DNA of 43,654 nt, taken from positions 1 through 43,654 of the IMG/VR virus record IMGVR_UViG_3300035670_000436; one strand, written 5' to 3'. The notes beneath the pieces were generated by a model. The model was not told the origin of the DNA. It was given only the letters and a program-made list of their open reading frames with translations, and did not search any database. The stretch comes from a virus. Within the stretch, counting starts at the first letter, position 1. Each line of letters starts with the position of its first letter. Both the position numbers and the translations under genes were made by a program. Shown one piece after another: positions 18,701 to 27,276 of the stretch.

Positions 18701-18703
18701 CAT
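12722..18703 (-). CDS. giant virion-associated protein, 1993 aa (internal/ejection-protein candidate)
   Basis: Uninterrupted 5.98-kb ORF between internal-protein-like genes and the holin-like cluster. No catalytic motif recognised by eye. Confidence 0.7.
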   Translation of the reverse strand: MSTFDPMKARTPGSQATVIGPTKGRDPAWNLSNAQISNIRQRRQRSRRVEYKYLPSGSARTPRWMRRNYRYDDKTVSNYYKKKYPQGIPSNVITPAISRIIRDETGQRLPYSVPDSERYLGSFDMFAFAKPGVSGADARLAGVRSFIDSKGAAFDVTQKDAQDMIRNGIMAYVKRKGSNVEEPVVVASPVALQNFLSKNYKAKVSSGADRTQLEYEKRKPSYSFDDRFEYYSAIYGLNPRSSAFIYDPQSEKNIKRVEVKEKYPVVEKSTDPNKADKVTMKTGTTVEYEFDFEAMAAKYKDYREADAKWRGKIVDEIEDKGGTRGLALWNKFLNGKANTTEVDELKTYMFSFSPQGTYADVQNRFINDMQGINFSDIARQTEAAERQKERASAATKRRLEEEAEQRLYQEEARLEFFTNVTPEEQYANARALIMQGRSEDIPPDVLKSIKESFNAPTGGDTSARNTVRSSEALGLEEESTLGRLADLLSGGQTVGAEINKATEDLRSAEYLRDRQKVDFINMVNKAIAGDANLSPEVVGLANEFFNDLGTDRYNEIIGNKEDYMSFQTDTAEFALGRLAELGNAGPLSPTSAEAIRTNMNAWQATNEVKKNFAKSIVRTTAAIPYGLYSIVDNPMDALDAIKSDYERRYSSVDGFVDSSLEDPLAPILDLLTVVPVAGWATKGAQVAKVAAMTTKASRAGMSARQFAKVQRQVMTGSSPNAEAVMRVLMSEGNFGELNQMYSAGRIDRAATFFEPRYIALNVRDAVPDAEAGSFLDKLSQKYAAEAKDRVYIRLAGNPASRGFQNAMLGFQKSKIGINFPLIGFQYRYGKAMRESDPFVSDMASREFMVERQLQELSNADLDDAEQMAAWAAAGGNGQGYAAFIATINRRLDEAEELGESFGMPQRAGGGEIRLLEVDYDRYMTPEFERRYRDAMASILDIDDQGIPRTERGRRVAKMRDAMMLLSERNNRVLKGEADPRALAAFQRTYALILTASRLLPEDVVAELGADGANVLRGGVMPMINPNMRIPELLKADVRQLSDADGNVVDLSVKGVAEFMDQVNDGFARLKEDMATRDSGGRPVLFLDESVKPVTVSTRTGRQRLEDVAITGERLTDEVAGPRMTFYPMRYLRVEGNFDDADMTFERKGLLSDDIVWIPEWALSRSRTGKVKFKSPAEGQIDVEVAIVNKMNKLFPNARDFVDKISTRGVRGPESFANRQNRNEVIASGLASYQFDVQLAASMRATQRRVTEFYEQTIEDTAVPISVRDYLDNQDRYIPLVNYRVFDNRAAAEAYATTRKQGDLEAQNVGTVDEIQLDGKTHYRVKMNYFDAMSMVLSEQRLQRLADWEQDISKQFIDTSMIRLLDAKELAELAPEDVAARYASLGLRDPNSYIMVIPKAIHKRFGESARRSNNKVLKILYGASDLFKTLVLAMSPRFINQQVVGSSIMLMIARPEWAPQIMASLLAKGAQNAAREATFKGRKMRREQRREIVDLAQLGDDYMILKEIFSDDFASGNIFMEDMAVRGQRLTDLVNAADRKAPSAARVMRPLLNNKPARIGGKVAKTVASFGYIIAFAFESALRAMIMKKAAMSDPLFAKFMNSQVVTDYMSTAVPERLIGKQTRFHAALRLIADRNSEFYNPFLLREMRYQADSVVGNYRWFTPAEKTVRDFLLPFYAWTRHSALFTKRLVQDRPITSNVMFNMGNYGYAEQLEAGGLPEWMLESIPLAGSVANVLGLDPTRLNFVMSGSVNPLGQTGRSFAQVQGIIPGLRTDLGDMGKLTQGMNPYLVGGIAQQLGVDPLTGIPLTEDQKNQSLLSYYADMYQSFPVIAQTANLFKTEMDLNEARDINNAEDIFVNPNDPENSKLRAVPQRMSQRFPTTTAAGLFNVFAPSRVMSLDPVMLDEMTKQQWDASGVLVEEQKKAFKSQRTKAAENLEEWRRLRDFVLTYYVPKFQNSDPEMVQIVLQQLREQYPSEAQLRGLSQSQVNMILGGG

Positions 18704-18717
18704 ATTAACTCCTTAAA

Positions 18718-19488
18718 TTAACTTTGAACTGTTTCGCTTGGCTCAGAGGACGGACTCGCCCCACCACCGCCCCTATTTTTACGCCAAGCAGCATTAACAT
18801 CCTTCAACGGAATATTAAAATCACGAGCAATCTGCTTACGCATAGCAAGAGTCTCAAGCGCCTGAAGACCAATCTGACCACGCTTAAGCGCATTATCAAG
18901 ACGCATAGCACGATCCTGCATAGGCAGACGACGGATCTCTTCACGCAACGCCACACGCTGCAACCGCTGAGTAGCAATATCACCCATCTGAGCAGCCGGA
19001 GTAAGAACATCAGCCGCAATACGACCAGCCTCCTCCTCCTTAGCCATCGCCTCACGAGTAAGCATCTGCCGCTCCTCCTCACCACGCCTAAGCGCACCCT
19101 GCGTAACAAGAGCCTGAGCCAACTGTGCCTGCTGCGTAAGAGCAGAACCCATCAACTGTGCAGAACCACCAGCACGAGCAGTACTACGAAGCATAAGATC
19201 CACAGCACCCTGATCCATATTAGGAAGACTACCCGCAAGCCCCGCTAAACTACCAGCCAACTGGGCACCAGCAGCACCAGCACGCTCACCAACCATCCCA
19301 GCCTCCTGCAATGCTGGAGCAAAAAAGCCTCCAACCTGCTGCTGAATAGCCTCAGGACTAAGATAAGACGCAAGCATCTGACGCAAACCCTGCGCAGTCT
19401 GACTAACCGGAGCAGCAGAAGATGCCGCATAATTACGAGCCTGATTACCAAAACCACCAAAAGGCAAGCCTCTAGTATCAATAGCCAT
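18718..19488 (-). CDS. Ala/Gly/Gln-rich structural (internal virion-like) protein, 256 aa
   Basis: RBS-like GGAGGTG upstream. Position and composition only. Confidence 0.5.
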   Translation of the reverse strand: MAIDTRGLPFGGFGNQARNYAASSAAPVSQTAQGLRQMLASYLSPEAIQQQVGGFFAPALQEAGMVGERAGAAGAQLAGSLAGLAGSLPNMDQGAVDLMLRSTARAGGSAQLMGSALTQQAQLAQALVTQGALRRGEEERQMLTREAMAKEEEAGRIAADVLTPAAQMGDIATQRLQRVALREEIRRLPMQDRAMRLDNALKRGQIGLQALETLAMRKQIARDFNIPLKDVNAAWRKNRGGGGASPSSEPSETVQS

Positions 19489-19500
19489 TAAACACCTCCT

Positions 19501-20259
19501 CTAAGGTTTCTTAAACCATGCTTTTTGTGACGGACGCCACAACCAAATAATACCACCAGGTCCACGATGAACCTTTACTTCATTAGGATTCTTAGGCGGT
19601 CCAGGATTATCCCCCGGCCTACCCTTTACACTAAACTCCTTAGGCTTATACTGGCTAGGGTCCTCCCAAGAAGGCGGAGCCGGAGGCGGTGGGGGAGGAG
19701 CAGGAGCCATAGGAGGCTCTGGAACAACAGCACTAGTATCAGTCAAAGTAACATTCTCAGCCATACCAGTACCAGCAGTAGTAGCATCAGTAGCCCTAGC
19801 AGACAAAACATCACCATACGCACCACGCACAGTCCCATACTGCTGACCAAGCCCAGCAAACAACTGCCCACTAAGAGCGCCCATACGACCAGCACCAAGC
19901 GTTTCAGAAAGCCTCTCACGCTGCCTAGCCAAACCACCAGTAATACCACTCACACGAGCGCCAAGCCTAGCCTCAGCCTCCTCCGCAGCAGTCTCCTGTG
20001 CAGACTGAGCAAACAAACCAGTAGTACCATACTGACCACCAGCCGTAGGCATAGTCATAATAGCCTTACCCTGATCATCAAACTGAAGAACCTTATCAGG
20101 ATCATACGCATCACCAGCAGCAGTAGTCGAATACTGACCACCAGCACCAGGCATCTGCCAACCATACTGCATCATCATCTGATCAACAGCATTACCAGCA
20201 TCCTCAACCGCCTGACGATAAGCAAGACCAGCCTGAAGCGCACTAGAAGGAACACTCAT
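19501..20259 (-). CDS. structural protein with poly-Pro tract, 252 aa
   Basis: PPMAPAPPPPPPAPP linker and a basic C-terminus. Assigned by position. Confidence 0.5.
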   Translation of the reverse strand: MSVPSSALQAGLAYRQAVEDAGNAVDQMMMQYGWQMPGAGGQYSTTAAGDAYDPDKVLQFDDQGKAIMTMPTAGGQYGTTGLFAQSAQETAAEEAEARLGARVSGITGGLARQRERLSETLGAGRMGALSGQLFAGLGQQYGTVRGAYGDVLSARATDATTAGTGMAENVTLTDTSAVVPEPPMAPAPPPPPPAPPSWEDPSQYKPKEFSVKGRPGDNPGPPKNPNEVKVHRGPGGIIWLWRPSQKAWFKKP

Positions 20260-20261
20260 AA

Positions 20262-20522
20262 TTACACCTTCTTAATCCACTTAACAGTACCAGGCGGAGT
20301 ACCCAACGCATTATTCATATCCGTCGAAGAAGGAGTCGTAGCACCAGTCAACTCTTCCCAACCAGTAGGCACACTACCAGTAGCCCACAACATAATCATA
20401 CCCGGCACAGCAACACGCTGATACAACTTCGTATCAATATCAACAATAAGACTATTAATACCATTATAACCAGCAAGACCCGAACCAGACAATTCTGCAA
20501 AACCAAAATTAGTTGTTGCCAT
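20262..20522 (-). CDS. tail-collar-domain-like small fibre protein, 86 aa
   Basis: PGMIMLWATGSVPTGWEEL resembles the phage tail collar motif. AGGAGGTG RBS. Confidence 0.5.
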   Translation of the reverse strand: MATTNFGFAELSGSGLAGYNGINSLIVDIDTKLYQRVAVPGMIMLWATGSVPTGWEELTGATTPSSTDMNNALGTPPGTVKWIKKV

Positions 20523-20532
20523 AACTCACCTC

Positions 20533-21648
20533 CTAACCCCAAACAGCAGGATAAATTTGTTTCCAATTAGAACCATCATACACATAAACATTATCTTCAG
20601 AGTTTACATATACCGCATTACCCTCTGTAGGAGTAAGAGCGTTTCGTGCAGTAATATCTGCAACAGTAGGGAATGTATTACCCTGCGGTCCTTGGGCGCC
20701 CTGAGGGCCTTGTGGTCCCTGCGAGCCTGTATCTCCTTGGGGTCCTTGTGCACCAGTATCTCCCTGGGGACCCTGGGGTCCTACCGCTCCTTGCGGACCA
20801 GTATCTCCCTGTGCACCTTGTGCCCCTTGCGCTCCTTGCGCGCCTGTGTCTCCTTGAGGTCCTTGAGGCCCCTGAGAGCCTTGAGCACCTGTGTCTCCTT
20901 GTGGACCCTGGGAGCCTTGTAGTCCGGTGTCACCTTGGGGCCCTTGCGATCCCTGAGCACCAGTATCCCCTTGGGGACCTTGTGGACCAGTATCACCCTG
21001 CGGTCCTTGGGGACCTTGTGCACCAGTATCTCCCTGTGGTCCCTGTGGCCCTTGGCTACCCTGAGGACCCGTATCTCCTTGGGGACCTTGTGCTCCAGTA
21101 TCGCCTTGAGGGCCCTGTGCACCGGTATTACCCTGCGGTCCTTGAGGACCAACAGCCCCTTGGGCGCCCGTATCACCTTGTGGACCCTGAGCACCTGTGT
21201 CGCCCTGTGGTCCCTGTGGCCCGGTAGCGCCCTGCGCCCCAGTATCTCCTTGAGGTCCCTGAGCGCCAACATCCCCCTGAGGACCCTGCGCTCCCTGAGC
21301 GCCCTGCGCTCCAGTATCCCCCTGAGGGCCTTGAGCGCCCGTATCGCCCTGGGGGCCTTGAGGGCCTACATCACCCTGCGGACCTTGACTACCCTGAGCG
21401 CCCTGACTACCCTGCGCACCCTGAGCACCAGTATCCCCCTGAGCGCCCTGACTACCCTGCGCACCCACATCACCCTGCGGACCCTGAGGCCCAGTAGGAA
21501 GACTAAAATTAACAAGATCAACACTCATAGCCTCAAACTTATTAGCAAGATTAGTCGCAAGCAACTCGATATGATAAGCGACATTAGAAAGACTCTCATC
21601 ACCATCAGGATACGGAAAACCATACTTTGCAGTATATTTAATAGCCAT
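20533..21648 (-). CDS. collagen-like tail fibre protein, 371 aa
   Basis: About 91 uninterrupted G-X-Y triplets ([13 protein letters not shown]...) between an N-terminal anchor ([13 protein letters not shown]) and a 47-aa C-terminal knob. Confidence 0.8.
   Translation of the reverse strand: MAIKYTAKYGFPYPDGDESLSNVAYHIELLATNLANKFEAMSVDLVNFSLPTGPQGPQGDVGAQGSQGAQGDTGAQGAQGSQGAQGSQGPQGDVGPQGPQGDTGAQGPQGDTGAQGAQGAQGPQGDVGAQGPQGDTGAQGATGPQGPQGDTGAQGPQGDTGAQGAVGPQGPQGNTGAQGPQGDTGAQGPQGDTGPQGSQGPQGPQGDTGAQGPQGPQGDTGPQGPQGDTGAQGSQGPQGDTGLQGSQGPQGDTGAQGSQGPQGPQGDTGAQGAQGAQGAQGDTGPQGAVGPQGPQGDTGAQGPQGDTGSQGPQGPQGAQGPQGNTFPTVADITARNALTPTEGNAVYVNSEDNVYVYDGSNWKQIYPAVWG
20674..21492 (-). repeat. 9-nt periodic G-X-Y coding repeat inside the fibre gene
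   Basis: Degenerate GGN-CCN-CAR / GGN-GAY-ACN units throughout. Confidence 0.85.
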
Positions 21649-21651
21649 GCA

Positions 21652-21891
21652 TCACCTCCTAAATGTTGCTTGTTCTAATCGTTCTAAACGAAAATCTTGA
21701 ATCTCAGCAGCCGTATACGTTGTGTTAGTACTAGGATTAGTATCACTTGTTGTAGGCGTAGTAATATTCGTAGCATTACGCTGAAACAAAACCTGCTCAA
21801 CATACGAGTTAATCTCATTACGAATAATCTCTGTAACCCAACGCTGAAACGCTTGCTTACCCTGTGGTGTAGTAAGATCATAATCCTGCAT
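21652..21891 (-). CDS. hypothetical protein, 79 aa
   Basis: Starts 2 nt after the upstream stop. No family recognised. Confidence 0.45.
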   Translation of the reverse strand: MQDYDLTTPQGKQAFQRWVTEIIRNEINSYVEQVLFQRNATNITTPTTSDTNPSTNTTYTAAEIQDFRLERLEQATFRR

Positions 21892-21893
21892 AA

Positions 21894-24800
21894 TCAGACC
21901 CTACTTACACGCATAGGCTTGAAACCAATATTCCAAGAATCCACAATAACCGTATGCGGACGCTTAGGTGTTTGATAATTAGAAGGACGATACTTATTCA
22001 TCTGGTATAATCTAAACCCGGCAGACGGGTACCGCCAACTAATCTTCTTCTTACGACGAGTAAACTCCGAATCTGTAAGTTCATACCAAGAAATATTCTC
22101 TGCTTCAAGATTCTGCCAAGTAGACCTATTAGGCGACAACAGTTTAGGAAACGTAATAGTTTCTAACTCGTTCCACGTATACGTAGACTCTTCAAAAGTT
22201 TCCCAATTACGATGCCGCTTCTTCTGCACATCAATACGATCATTATCTTCCAAGTCTACAATATCCATACGAATACCACCATCGAGAAGATAAAGGTTTA
22301 GCATTATTTGTCGGAACCACTTTTTCAGTACTGGATCACCAACAGTATAATGCTTGGTTTGTAAGTAAAAATCAGGACCCTTATAGTATAAGTCTACTTG
22401 TTTTCCTAAGTTTTCGCTTAGTTCAGAGTCGAGTACTGTGTTGTGCGTGTTCTGCGGGTTAAGCATGCTGTCAACGTCGATAAGACGAGCATACGTACCC
22501 GTAAGATTATCAGGATCAACAGCATTAATGCCCGCATAACCCTTCGTACCACCAGCACTATCCAACTTAATAAACCCACGAAAATCAAAATTACTAATCG
22601 CTGTAATAGCATTACTAGGCAGATAGATAGCAAACGTCATTGCTTCGATAAAGTTTACTGGCCCCCAAACAAACTGGAGTCCCTTGCTCCAAGTATTACC
22701 CGTAGAAGCAAGGGGAAGCGTCTGCACAGTAACCGTGCCACTAGCAGTAGCATTAACAGGATTACCAGACAAATCCTCCAACTCAATCTCAGTAGGATCA
22801 ACTACAGCGGCAATAACCGTATTAGCAGGAATACCCGGACCAAGCACATAATAACCAACCGTAATTGGTGTAATATCTACAAACTCAACATCATCAGTAG
22901 TGCCAGTCAAATCAACCGCAGAACCACCAGACGAGGCAGAAATCTCAAACGTATTTGTTGTAGCATTAATAACATAATAATCAGTAGTGTCAACCGTAAG
23001 GCCCGTAACAGTACCAATATTCGTAAAACGAATAATAGTATCATCAACTAAACCATGATTATTAAGAGTAATCTCATCTGTGCTTACATCAGCATTACCT
23101 GTAAGAGTAGGCAAAGAAATATTAGTAATAGCATCATCACCACTAGTTGTAGTAACCCCCACTAGTGACGTTCCAGCAGACCACAAACCACCACTATTCT
23201 GCTGAGACGCACCCTCACTAGAATACATACGATACGAATCCCAATACACAGGCACATTATTCTCAACATTAAAATCATCAAGAGTAAAATCAGGATCCCA
23301 CTCATCAAACGGAAAACCCTGAACATCAGGCGTACTCGTATAACCAGTCGCATAACGCGGTTCATAACGAAGAGGAGTATAATTAGACGCAAAACCACTA
23401 AACGTCATAAACAAATAATCCTTATAAAAGAATCCGTAAATACGACGCTCAGTAGCATCAAACGTCTTAATACTATCCGTATAATACGAACCAAGATTAG
23501 ACTCAGTAAGATTCCTAACCGTAGCACCATCATAAAACAAGATACCATTCTTTGCAGCCCAGAACACACCACCACCATACTCAACAATACTCTGCGCGCT
23601 TAAACAACCCTCAGGATACAACTCTTCCAACGAGAAGTTAGCGCGATAATTACCACGAAGAATATATGTCTTATCTTCAAGAAAAATAACAAGACCAGAA
23701 GCAGAAGTAGCAATACCACGCATCTGCTGCGTACCAGGAATAATAATCGAGTCCGCCGCGTCACGAGACAAGTCAACACTCTCAGGATCATGATACGCAC
23801 TAAACACAATACGATTCTCCGTACCAAGCGTACCACCATTCCCATACCATTGATACCCAGCATACGTCGTATTAAAAATACCAGGATACGAAGTAGCATC
23901 ATTAGACTGTGTAATCGCTGTATAAGGACGAGCAACATACTCATCAGCATTCATAGGAATAATATCTGTATGATATACTGGGTCTAAACTAAGCGCTGCA
24001 TTATTCGTAACACTAGCAACATCACCAAGCCATTCGCTATCACTAGCACGATACAACGCCCAACGAGTACCACTAGCCGTACCAGCAAGATCAGCGGAAG
24101 CAAAATGCCCCTCACCCTCACTCCCAATCGTACCACTCGTAACAGTTAAACCATGCGCAGTCTTAGTGATAAGGCCACGACCATGATTATGCACATAAGG
24201 ACGAATGTTAACAAACTTAATATCCGCCGCAGTATTACTACCTGCAAGGGCGCCATATCCATAAGTACGAATACAATCCTTCTCAAGATCAACCCAAGAA
24301 CCATCAGTAGCCCAAGTCTTAAGAACACCAAGATAACGATCCTCAGTACCACTAACCTTACGATACACAAACATACCCGCGCTTAACTTGGTTGTGTCAA
24401 ACGTACCAGTAATACGATTAGTATAAGTCGTGTGACCACCAATCGTAAACGTTACATTAGAATTGGTTCCCGTAAGATCAATCGGCGAACCACCAACAGT
24501 AGAAGCAATCTGAAAATCATTCGTAGCAGAATTTACAATATAATACACAGTACCCGTAGAAATACCAGTCACAGTACCTAGACTAGTAAACGTAATAGGA
24601 TAACCATTAGGATAGCCATGATTATTAAGAGTAATCTTATCATTGCTAACTGTAACAGCCGCAGTAATACCAGTATTATTCGTCACACCAAGCGTACACG
24701 AATTAACCGTATAATCACCCTCACCAGTACCACCACGCCAATAATACAAAAGATTCTTATTCGACGCACTAGCAGTACCATAATTTTCCAACAACCCGAT

Positions 24801-25202
24801 AAACACACCACCATTAAGCCCAGGCCGGGAAAACACAATCGTATCCTGACGAACACTAGCAATCGTACAAAAACAAGTCTTACGATACTGAGAATTATAA
24901 AATAACACACGAGTCGTAGTACCATCAGTAACAATAATACCAAGCACATTCTCATTATCAGGATTACGAGTATTCACAACCCCAATAACGCGCTCCTCAT
25001 CCGCATTAGGCTGAGCAAGAGCAGTACCAGCCTCATTATACAAAGGCAGCGTAGTATACGGAGCACGACGACGCAACTGACCAACACGATCAAAAAGAAT
25101 ATCCTGCGACCAACGAACAAACTGTTCCGGAATAAACGAGCCGGGAGCCGCCTGATTCATACCCTGAACAGCACCAACCTGATTAACAAAACTTAGCGAC
25201 AA
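21894..25202 (-). CDS. large tail protein, 1102 aa (nozzle / tail tubular B-like by position) with an internal domain duplication
   Basis: TTG start after AAGGGGGTG. Position after the adaptor-like gene. Two ~60-aa repeats at 24465-24647 and 22899-23084. Confidence 0.5.
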   Translation of the reverse strand: MSLSFVNQVGAVQGMNQAAPGSFIPEQFVRWSQDILFDRVGQLRRRAPYTTLPLYNEAGTALAQPNADEERVIGVVNTRNPDNENVLGIIVTDGTTTRVLFYNSQYRKTCFCTIASVRQDTIVFSRPGLNGGVFIGLLENYGTASASNKNLLYYWRGGTGEGDYTVNSCTLGVTNNTGITAAVTVSNDKITLNNHGYPNGYPITFTSLGTVTGISTGTVYYIVNSATNDFQIASTVGGSPIDLTGTNSNVTFTIGGHTTYTNRITGTFDTTKLSAGMFVYRKVSGTEDRYLGVLKTWATDGSWVDLEKDCIRTYGYGALAGSNTAADIKFVNIRPYVHNHGRGLITKTAHGLTVTSGTIGSEGEGHFASADLAGTASGTRWALYRASDSEWLGDVASVTNNAALSLDPVYHTDIIPMNADEYVARPYTAITQSNDATSYPGIFNTTYAGYQWYGNGGTLGTENRIVFSAYHDPESVDLSRDAADSIIIPGTQQMRGIATSASGLVIFLEDKTYILRGNYRANFSLEELYPEGCLSAQSIVEYGGGVFWAAKNGILFYDGATVRNLTESNLGSYYTDSIKTFDATERRIYGFFYKDYLFMTFSGFASNYTPLRYEPRYATGYTSTPDVQGFPFDEWDPDFTLDDFNVENNVPVYWDSYRMYSSEGASQQNSGGLWSAGTSLVGVTTTSGDDAITNISLPTLTGNADVSTDEITLNNHGLVDDTIIRFTNIGTVTGLTVDTTDYYVINATTNTFEISASSGGSAVDLTGTTDDVEFVDITPITVGYYVLGPGIPANTVIAAVVDPTEIELEDLSGNPVNATASGTVTVQTLPLASTGNTWSKGLQFVWGPVNFIEAMTFAIYLPSNAITAISNFDFRGFIKLDSAGGTKGYAGINAVDPDNLTGTYARLIDVDSMLNPQNTHNTVLDSELSENLGKQVDLYYKGPDFYLQTKHYTVGDPVLKKWFRQIMLNLYLLDGGIRMDIVDLEDNDRIDVQKKRHRNWETFEESTYTWNELETITFPKLLSPNRSTWQNLEAENISWYELTDSEFTRRKKKISWRYPSAGFRLYQMNKYRPSNYQTPKRPHTVIVDSWNIGFKPMRVSRV

Positions 25203-25217
25203 TCCCGCTCACCCCCT

Positions 25218-25946
25218 TTAATACGTCCAATCATACGAATCAGAAAGAATATGAATCCTATCCGTACGATCATACTGATTCATCCAAATATCATTCCTCA
25301 TCTGCTGATAACGAGACTCAAACATATTCTGAAACAACGCAGCCTGAGGATCATCATTAACAAGAAACGCCTTCACAAGAGCACCATACACAATAATACT
25401 ATGATGACGACTAGGAATAAGAAAACCCGCCGTATCCAAAACCTCAGTAGTATTCACAGGAGTCTGAAGAAAATACAAACGATACTCCGTATCACCATTC
25501 ACAGCAGGATACACATACAAATCCTCACCAACAAAATAATACCGATCCGGCGTACCAGTCGGATCAAGAACACGATAATTCTTCTCAATCGTATCATTCC
25601 GCTCAGGAGTCATAATAATATCATTCGACTTATCCACAAACGACAACACACTATTAAGATTATACTTCGTATGCGGATACTCCTGAGGATTATTCTGCGC
25701 ATCAGTAAGACTATTATCCAACTTATTATCCGCAGTCTTAACCCTAAACAAACCGCCCTCAACCGTAACCTGCGTCGTACCACCAGGCATAACAAACTCT
25801 ACAGTCTTCTCAAGAAAAGGCCAAGGCTCACGAGTAACAACATCAAGATACGCCTCATTAAGCAGAAGCAACTTCTGCGAATCCTCAAAATCCTCAAAAC
25901 CATAAAGATCCATCTGATCATACATCTCATCCAGCGTCACTCGCAT
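25218..25946 (-). CDS. putative adaptor / tail tubular A-like protein, 242 aa
   Basis: AAGGGGG RBS before ATG 25946. Assigned by size and position only. Confidence 0.35.
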   Translation of the reverse strand: MRVTLDEMYDQMDLYGFEDFEDSQKLLLLNEAYLDVVTREPWPFLEKTVEFVMPGGTTQVTVEGGLFRVKTADNKLDNSLTDAQNNPQEYPHTKYNLNSVLSFVDKSNDIIMTPERNDTIEKNYRVLDPTGTPDRYYFVGEDLYVYPAVNGDTEYRLYFLQTPVNTTEVLDTAGFLIPSRHHSIIVYGALVKAFLVNDDPQAALFQNMFESRYQQMRNDIWMNQYDRTDRIHILSDSYDWTY

Positions 25947-26358
25947 CACCCCCTTCACCATCCATAAAAACTTTAATCACAGGACTCTTACCATGCTGAC
26001 GCAAAAAATGCTCAACAACCTCAGCCGACTCAGCGCTAGCCTCATCCGCAGCATCCCGATACTTCTTCTTAAACTTCTCCTGCGACTCCATAATCTCATC
26101 ATAAATCTGAAACCCATGCTTATGAGCATCCGCCCTATGCACACGCCGCATAACCTCATCAACCGGAGGCAACTCCTGCCCAAATCCAATCACCGGATAC
26201 GCCGGTTCAGGACGAGGCATTCTAATAAACACACACCAATCCCAAGTCTCCGCATTCCGCGCAAAAAACAAACGCTCATCATACTCACGAACCGCGCGAT
26301 CAATACGAATCTCATCAAAACTCATCTCACCATGACCAGGAATATAAATACCCTTCAT
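25927..26358 (-). CDS. hypothetical protein, 143 aa
   Basis: TGATG overlap with the upstream gene. Confidence 0.45.
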   Translation of the reverse strand: MKGIYIPGHGEMSFDEIRIDRAVREYDERLFFARNAETWDWCVFIRMPRPEPAYPVIGFGQELPPVDEVMRRVHRADAHKHGFQIYDEIMESQEKFKKKYRDAADEASAESAEVVEHFLRQHGKSPVIKVFMDGEGGDASDAG

Positions 26359-26630
26359 CAGCAATCCCACGCCCTCAAACTTTTATTAATACGACTATTC
26401 GGATCATTACGAGTCTTAGCACTCGTCAACTTCCTCTTCATGCCCTGCATACGCGCACAAAACGAACGACGCCTAGCAGCAGCCTTAGGACTCTTCTTAG
26501 CCTGCGCCCGCTTCACAGGAGGCTTCAACGTACCACCAGTCTGCGCCTTATACGAAGCACGACCACGCGCATTCAGACCCCCAGAAGGGTTCTGACCTTC
26601 CTTCCTCTGCCAAGCAGCCGACTTAGCCAT
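26358..26630 (-). CDS. small basic protein, 90 aa
   Basis: Starts MAKSAAWQRKEGQNPSGGLNARGRASY. Lys/Arg-rich. Confidence 0.45.
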   Translation of the reverse strand: MAKSAAWQRKEGQNPSGGLNARGRASYKAQTGGTLKPPVKRAQAKKSPKAAARRRSFCARMQGMKRKLTSAKTRNDPNSRINKSLRAWDC

Positions 26631-26693
26631 TACCCCGCCGCCGCTTAAAATAACGAAGCCGATACTTCCAATGCGCAAAACTACTCACCAGGA

Positions 26694-26825
26694 TCACCTC
26701 TTCTTCTTTTTAAGTTTACCTTCTTTTTGTAATTGTTTCGTAGCAATAGCATAAGCCAACTCTTCCTTCATCTTAGGATTGCCACGCATAATACTTGCTT
26801 TTCTATCCTCAAGAATCTTAGGCAT
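26694..26825 (-). CDS. small basic protein, 43 aa
   Basis: AGGAGGA RBS before ATG 26825. Sequence MPKILEDRKASIMRGNPKMKEELAYAIATKQLQKEGKLKKKKR. Confidence 0.45.
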   Translation of the reverse strand: MPKILEDRKASIMRGNPKMKEELAYAIATKQLQKEGKLKKKKR

Positions 26826-26826
26826 G

Positions 26827-27222
26827 CTATCCTCCTCTAGCCGAACGCCCAGCAGCCTTAGCCGCTTTTGTATTCGCAACAAACTGTTTACCCTTACGAC
26901 TACCAGCCTGCTTTTTACGATTCGTAGCAGCCTTCTCAGCAGCGCTTAACTTATTCCAAGCAGCATCCGGCAAGTAACGAGTCGTGCCGCCCTTACGCGC
27001 AGCAGGCTTACCATCACTCGTACGCCACTTCTCACTCGTCCACTTAGCCAAACTCTTTTGAGCCTTTGTCTTAGGCCCTTTATAACCACCGCCAGCCTTC
27101 TTATATCGCATAGTAGCAATTTGCGCCTTACGCGCACTCCATTGTCCAGGCTTACCGCCCTTACTTCCAGCCTTAACGCTAGCCACAATGCGTTTCCACA
27201 TAGCCTCATTCGTACGCGACAC
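26827..27222 (-). CDS. basic protein, 131 aa
   Basis: GTG start after AAGGAGGTG. Contains GGKPGQWSARKAQIATMRYKKAGGGYKG...RYLPDAAWNKLS. Confidence 0.5.
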   Translation of the reverse strand: MSRTNEAMWKRIVASVKAGSKGGKPGQWSARKAQIATMRYKKAGGGYKGPKTKAQKSLAKWTSEKWRTSDGKPAARKGGTTRYLPDAAWNKLSAAEKAATNRKKQAGSRKGKQFVANTKAAKAAGRSARGG

Positions 27223-27246
27223 AAATCACCTCCTTATGTTAGAATA

Positions 27247-27268
27247 GGGAGGGGCCAAAGCCCCTCCC
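27247..27268 (-). terminator. GC-rich hairpin immediately downstream of the capsid gene (attenuator or terminator)
   Basis: GGGAGGGGC-TTTG-GCCCCTCCC on the minus strand, followed by TATTCT. Confidence 0.55.
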
Positions 27269-27276
27269 CACCCTAA

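Noticed and set aside
12722-18703. Calling the 1993-aa protein a virion RNA polymerase or a tape measure
   Set aside because: No polymerase metal-binding motif and no tail tube or chaperone-frameshift genes were identified by eye. It is left as an uncharacterised giant virion protein.
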